DNA from: Albugo candida
Taxonomy: Eukaryota
DNA: 64,000 nucleotides
Assembly: GCA_040437565.1 (NCBI GenBank)
Contig: JBDOQK010000013.1
Coordinates: forward strand, 496,001 to 560,000
Direction of reading: 5' to 3'
Of the stretch, positions 60,101 through 64,000 are shown piece by piece. Below the pieces are notes generated by a model. The model had not been told where the DNA came from. It did no database searches and saw only the letters and a list, made by a program, of their open reading frames with translations. Positions within the stretch are counted from its first letter, which is position 1. Each line of letters starts with the position of its first letter. The position numbers were made by a program, and so were the translations under genes.

Positions 60101-62129
60101 GAATTTGGTTTCTTTGAGAAATACAAGTGAGAAAGTATTCTGCCCGATGCAAATATTCCATTATCACTTGCAACATGGGCACCAATCATATGGTCCCTTG
60201 GATTAGTTTCCTTCACATATCAAAAGTCGGCTTCTTATACACTGATTAGAACAACTGCATCATGCTATCAGTGGCGTGTAGCCTCATTCTATTTCTTTTC
60301 GTAGACCAGACAGGCTACATTGATGTCCCTTACTTACTTCTAATGATTACATGTTCAATCTAATATCGACGTTTGCATCAGCCTCTATCCGTGTTCCTCT
60401 GGGTATGTGAGGCCCACTTGAGACACGTCCAAGCTCTAAAAAAGATCTTATTTTTTATTCGACCGGTAACGAATCTACACATTCCCCACGACTTGCAAGA
60501 TTACCGAGTTGTGCTTGCTTGCTTTTCTACTCCAAAAAAAAGATGACTTACTGCTGCAGGCTCTTCTCTTAGCCTAGAATGCAAACATACTCTGGTATCT
60601 ATCAAATATCAGAGTACAGGGCGCTGTCTCCCCCCTGCAAAAATTTCCTTCTTCTGCTCTTTTATCGCAATCAAGTATGATTTTATCCCTTACAGAATTA
60701 GTGCACTCGTGGAAGAGCCGTGCCTATCGTTAGTCCTCCTCGAATCCATGTATTCATCATTCAACTTCATTGAGCGCGATACTGACTATATAACGTTTTG
60801 AAGGCGAGATGGTGAATGCATGAATCGACAAATGATCATTACGTGGGCTCGTATTGATGGGTAAACGCACGGGGACATCCCGCGTGGTGATATTAGGAAG
60901 CCAAGACTCATTTCGGAAAATTCTATAACTAGATATCCAGGACTTCTAGCATAATGATGTTATCGGATTAAATGTATCATCATCTTTACAGGCCAGATCA
61001 AGAATAATTGCTTGTGAGGATCTACATTATCTTGGCGAATATCACTAATTGACTATTCGATTTTTTAGGTACGTTGTCGCTCTTGAGTCACGTAAATTTC
61101 TTCGGGGTTTAAAAGCACGTGGATTTTCTCATTAAATGTCCATACAAGCAGAGTAATGCATGACGCTGTTTGTCTATATTTCTAGTTACTTACTTTGAGC
61201 TTCGTCTTCTTTGTCTTCATTGGCCTGATCCAGTTAAATAGTCCAGATCTCATGGAAATTAGCCTTAATATCTCTGCTTCTCATGAATACACATGCGCCT
61301 CTTGTTTCTTACCTTCAGCTTGTACTATTAACTGAATTTTATCCGGTGAAGGTGTCGTTTGGATGATTTCGTCCGGGGCTTCAGCTGTGCCTAATGCCAC
61401 GCGTTGGATTTAGACTGTCATTATATCGGTAGTCAAAAGCTTATTGTGCCTTGATGCTTGGCTTGGTCCTTCGCGTCGAAAATCTACATAACCAGTTTAC
61501 GACTTATCCAGCTTATCCCAAGTTGCTCTTCATGACTCTTGTCTCATGGATTCCAGTGGTGTTGAAGACAACAGGAAGCGTCTAAGGCAACTTATACGCT
61601 TTTCGAGTGATGGGTGATCCGATTGTCCATTTGTCTCTCCTTATAAATAAAATCTTATCATAATGCTCCCTTCTTATTGAGTGTTGGATAAAAATTTTAT
61701 GGATCGATCAACCAAACTAAAGTGATCTTTAACGTCTGCTTCTCCATTAGCCGCTATGGTATCAACATTGCGATAGTGACCTTTCTTCTATCTTGAGTCT
61801 CTTCTTTTTTGGTTTCAAGGCAGTGCATCGTCACGTGCAGATCAGCGCTAATGCTGCATATCATATAAGTAATGTAGAAGCAAGTAATAGCATAGTAGCG
61901 GATACGAGTGCAATCTGAAGAGGAGTATCTACTTAGCCTCACTATCAACCGGTCTTTGTCAACTTAGAAGAGACTCGGCATGCTACTACTTAAGGCAGCA
62001 AATTTGAATAAGAAAATATGGAGTTTACCTCAAAGCATCGAAACAAACTTCGAACGGTAAGATAGATCTCATTAAACCTACTTTTCATTCGTAACAGGCG
62101 ATAGGATTATCATCATAACTGACCCTCGC

Positions 62130-62660
62130 TCATGTGGTTGCAGCATCTTCTCGTTCGAGAAAGCTCCTCCAAATGGTATCAAATTTACCAATTATGAGAG
62201 TTTGACGTTGAAAAACAATATGAGAGTATTCAGGAAGAGAGCCCACACAATCAAAAATCATCGCTCTCCAAAGTTGGAAAGAATGCATCGATGATATACA
62301 TACAATCCAAATGAGCCCTGTAATATGAATGTGCTTTCTCTTCCCCATGCGGAAACCAATCGACATCAAAGAGTCTTTTGTCGTAACGTTTGTGGCTATA
62401 TTCTAGATGAGAATCTATGACCACTGCTTGCGGCTTGCAAGGGTAAGCTTGAGACCTTCACATACACGAGCAGCTTTTGGATTATGGCACCGATAACTCA
62501 ATTTGCTTATACGACTAATCCAGAAGGCATCAAAAAGAAATTGAAAGCAATTTTCGAAATTAGCTGTTGGACCAGTGCTAGCTCCACTAGGCAATAAGAA
62601 TTGCAAGGTCATGCACATAAACACATATATGATGGGTTTAAAGTGCTTCAGACTTAGATC
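62130..62660 (-). pseudogene. Putative pseudogenised secreted CHxC/CCG-like gene
   Basis: One frame reads KHFKPIIYVFMCMTLQFLLPSGAS-TGPTANFENCFQFL...; ORFs 62415-62624 and 62130-62369 are in the same frame, separated by stops. Confidence 0.35.
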
Positions 62661-64000
62661 CTCTGGTAGTTTCTATGATACGGCAGCATCGAGCGTATTA
62701 CGGCGGACAAGAAACAATTATACCTTTCATATATTGGTTTCATATCAGCATGCTCGTTTTGAGAATCTTTTCTCTCACCTGCAACCTAATTTGATAAGTT
62801 ATTACTGCAGTATCAGGCAATATTTTTACGTCAATCCGCACAAATGATTGCTTGTGCCAAATTCTACGCTTCAATTAAAAGTCGCAAAACATAATTGTCG
62901 TAGCACAAAAGTACTNNNNNNNNNNNNNNNNNNNNNNNNNNNNNNNNNNNNNNNNNNNNNNNNNNNNNNNNNNNNNNNNNNNNNNNNNNNNNNNNNNNNN
63001 NNNNNNNNNNNNNNNCAAATGATTGCTTGTGCCAAATTCTACGCTTCAATTAAAAGTCGCAAAACATAATTGTCGTAGCACAAAAGTACTATGCTAGAGT
63101 TTTCCTGTCATTTGGAAGATTATTTAGATGTCGTCAGCTGGCTCGAGTTTCCGACAAGTTTAGGATGGCAATCTGTGGGTTCATAATATTGATGGTCGAA
63201 AAGCCTGTTTCTCATGCATTTATAACTGAGTATCCCGTTAGCATCAAAAATATTTAGTCTACAATAAAATAATTCAATTCATTTGCCCGCTCGACTTCGA
63301 TTCGAGGAGACTTCAAATCAGCTTTTAAGCAATGAGTTGCATTTTCAAATCAAAGTTGTATTCTTACAGCCAGCAAACACCTGGCTGGTAAATCACAAAA
63401 TGAATAATAATGCTATCGGTTTCGCTCAAGCATACACTCCAAGAGTGCAACACGAACCTTTTGTTGTTATATAAAATACTCCATCAAAGCGGCTTTCTTT
63501 GATCGATTAGCATACACAGTCTACACTTTTTCTTTGAACGAACATGTATGTCCAGGAGCTGAGGCGCAGTATATTGTTTTGAATCGATGAGGATAGCTCT
63601 AATTCGACAGTAGTTTTCGAATGAAAAATCGCGCTTTGTCCTTCATTCATTATTCTTGGTACGATAGTTGCTGCTTCGATTTATCAAGCCTACGCACAAT
63701 TCTGGAGCTTGCTAATTTGCGCATCTTCAAAATCCTAATTTTGATCAGATCTCACATTATTTTTGTCGGCTGGGTAATCAGTTTCCGACTTCAGATTTAC
63801 TGCATTCAATCTTCAACGCAAGCACCCCTCTCCTTTTTTCTCCATTAAACGAGAGGAGCATCATGCAGCGATCACACGTTCTTTTATTCCATCTGTTGCT
63901 ACCCGGAGGAATCTATGTATCACATTATAGATCATTTGTCGCTCCCTTCAGTACTTTGTCGTACTTGGAACACCTTCAATTGCAAACCTCTGCACTATTG

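Noticed and set aside
1-64000. tRNA, rRNA or prokaryotic/viral systems
   Set aside because: None recognised by eye; tRNAscan-SE and Infernal/Rfam were not run, so small ncRNAs cannot be excluded.

Overview
This is eukaryotic, intron-containing DNA from a scaffolded draft assembly with nine 100-N gaps, each flanked by a duplicated contig overlap. Gene content, short (~45-60 nt) GT-AG introns, extreme compaction and the domain architectures point to an oomycete, most plausibly Albugo (white rust); this is an inference, not a database result. The window has two compartments. Bases 1-38.4 kb are very gene-dense, with about 25 mostly conserved genes: a METTL21-type methyltransferase, ankyrin-RING E3, GT8, SPAG16/PF20, THEM6, RRP36, NDUFA9, AI-2E transporter, DnaJ, MMS19, a guanylate kinase with a D/D-like N-terminus, a CAMK-like kinase, FAM241, GON4L-like, RRM, a PhyH-like dioxygenase, DNAAF5-like, ETFDH, RPC3 and a PH-DEP-FYVE-GAF protein. 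Bases 38.4-64 kb are gene-sparse, with decayed LINE, copia and Tc1 elements, LTR-like remnants, one intact lineage-specific candidate CCG/CHxC-like effector with repeated KC modules, and apparent pseudogenised relatives. The most interesting leads are the modular effector locus, a possible in-frame guanylate kinase-MMS19 splice/read-through junction, a spliced 69-aa microprotein missed by the ORF track, and ultra-short intergenic spacers.
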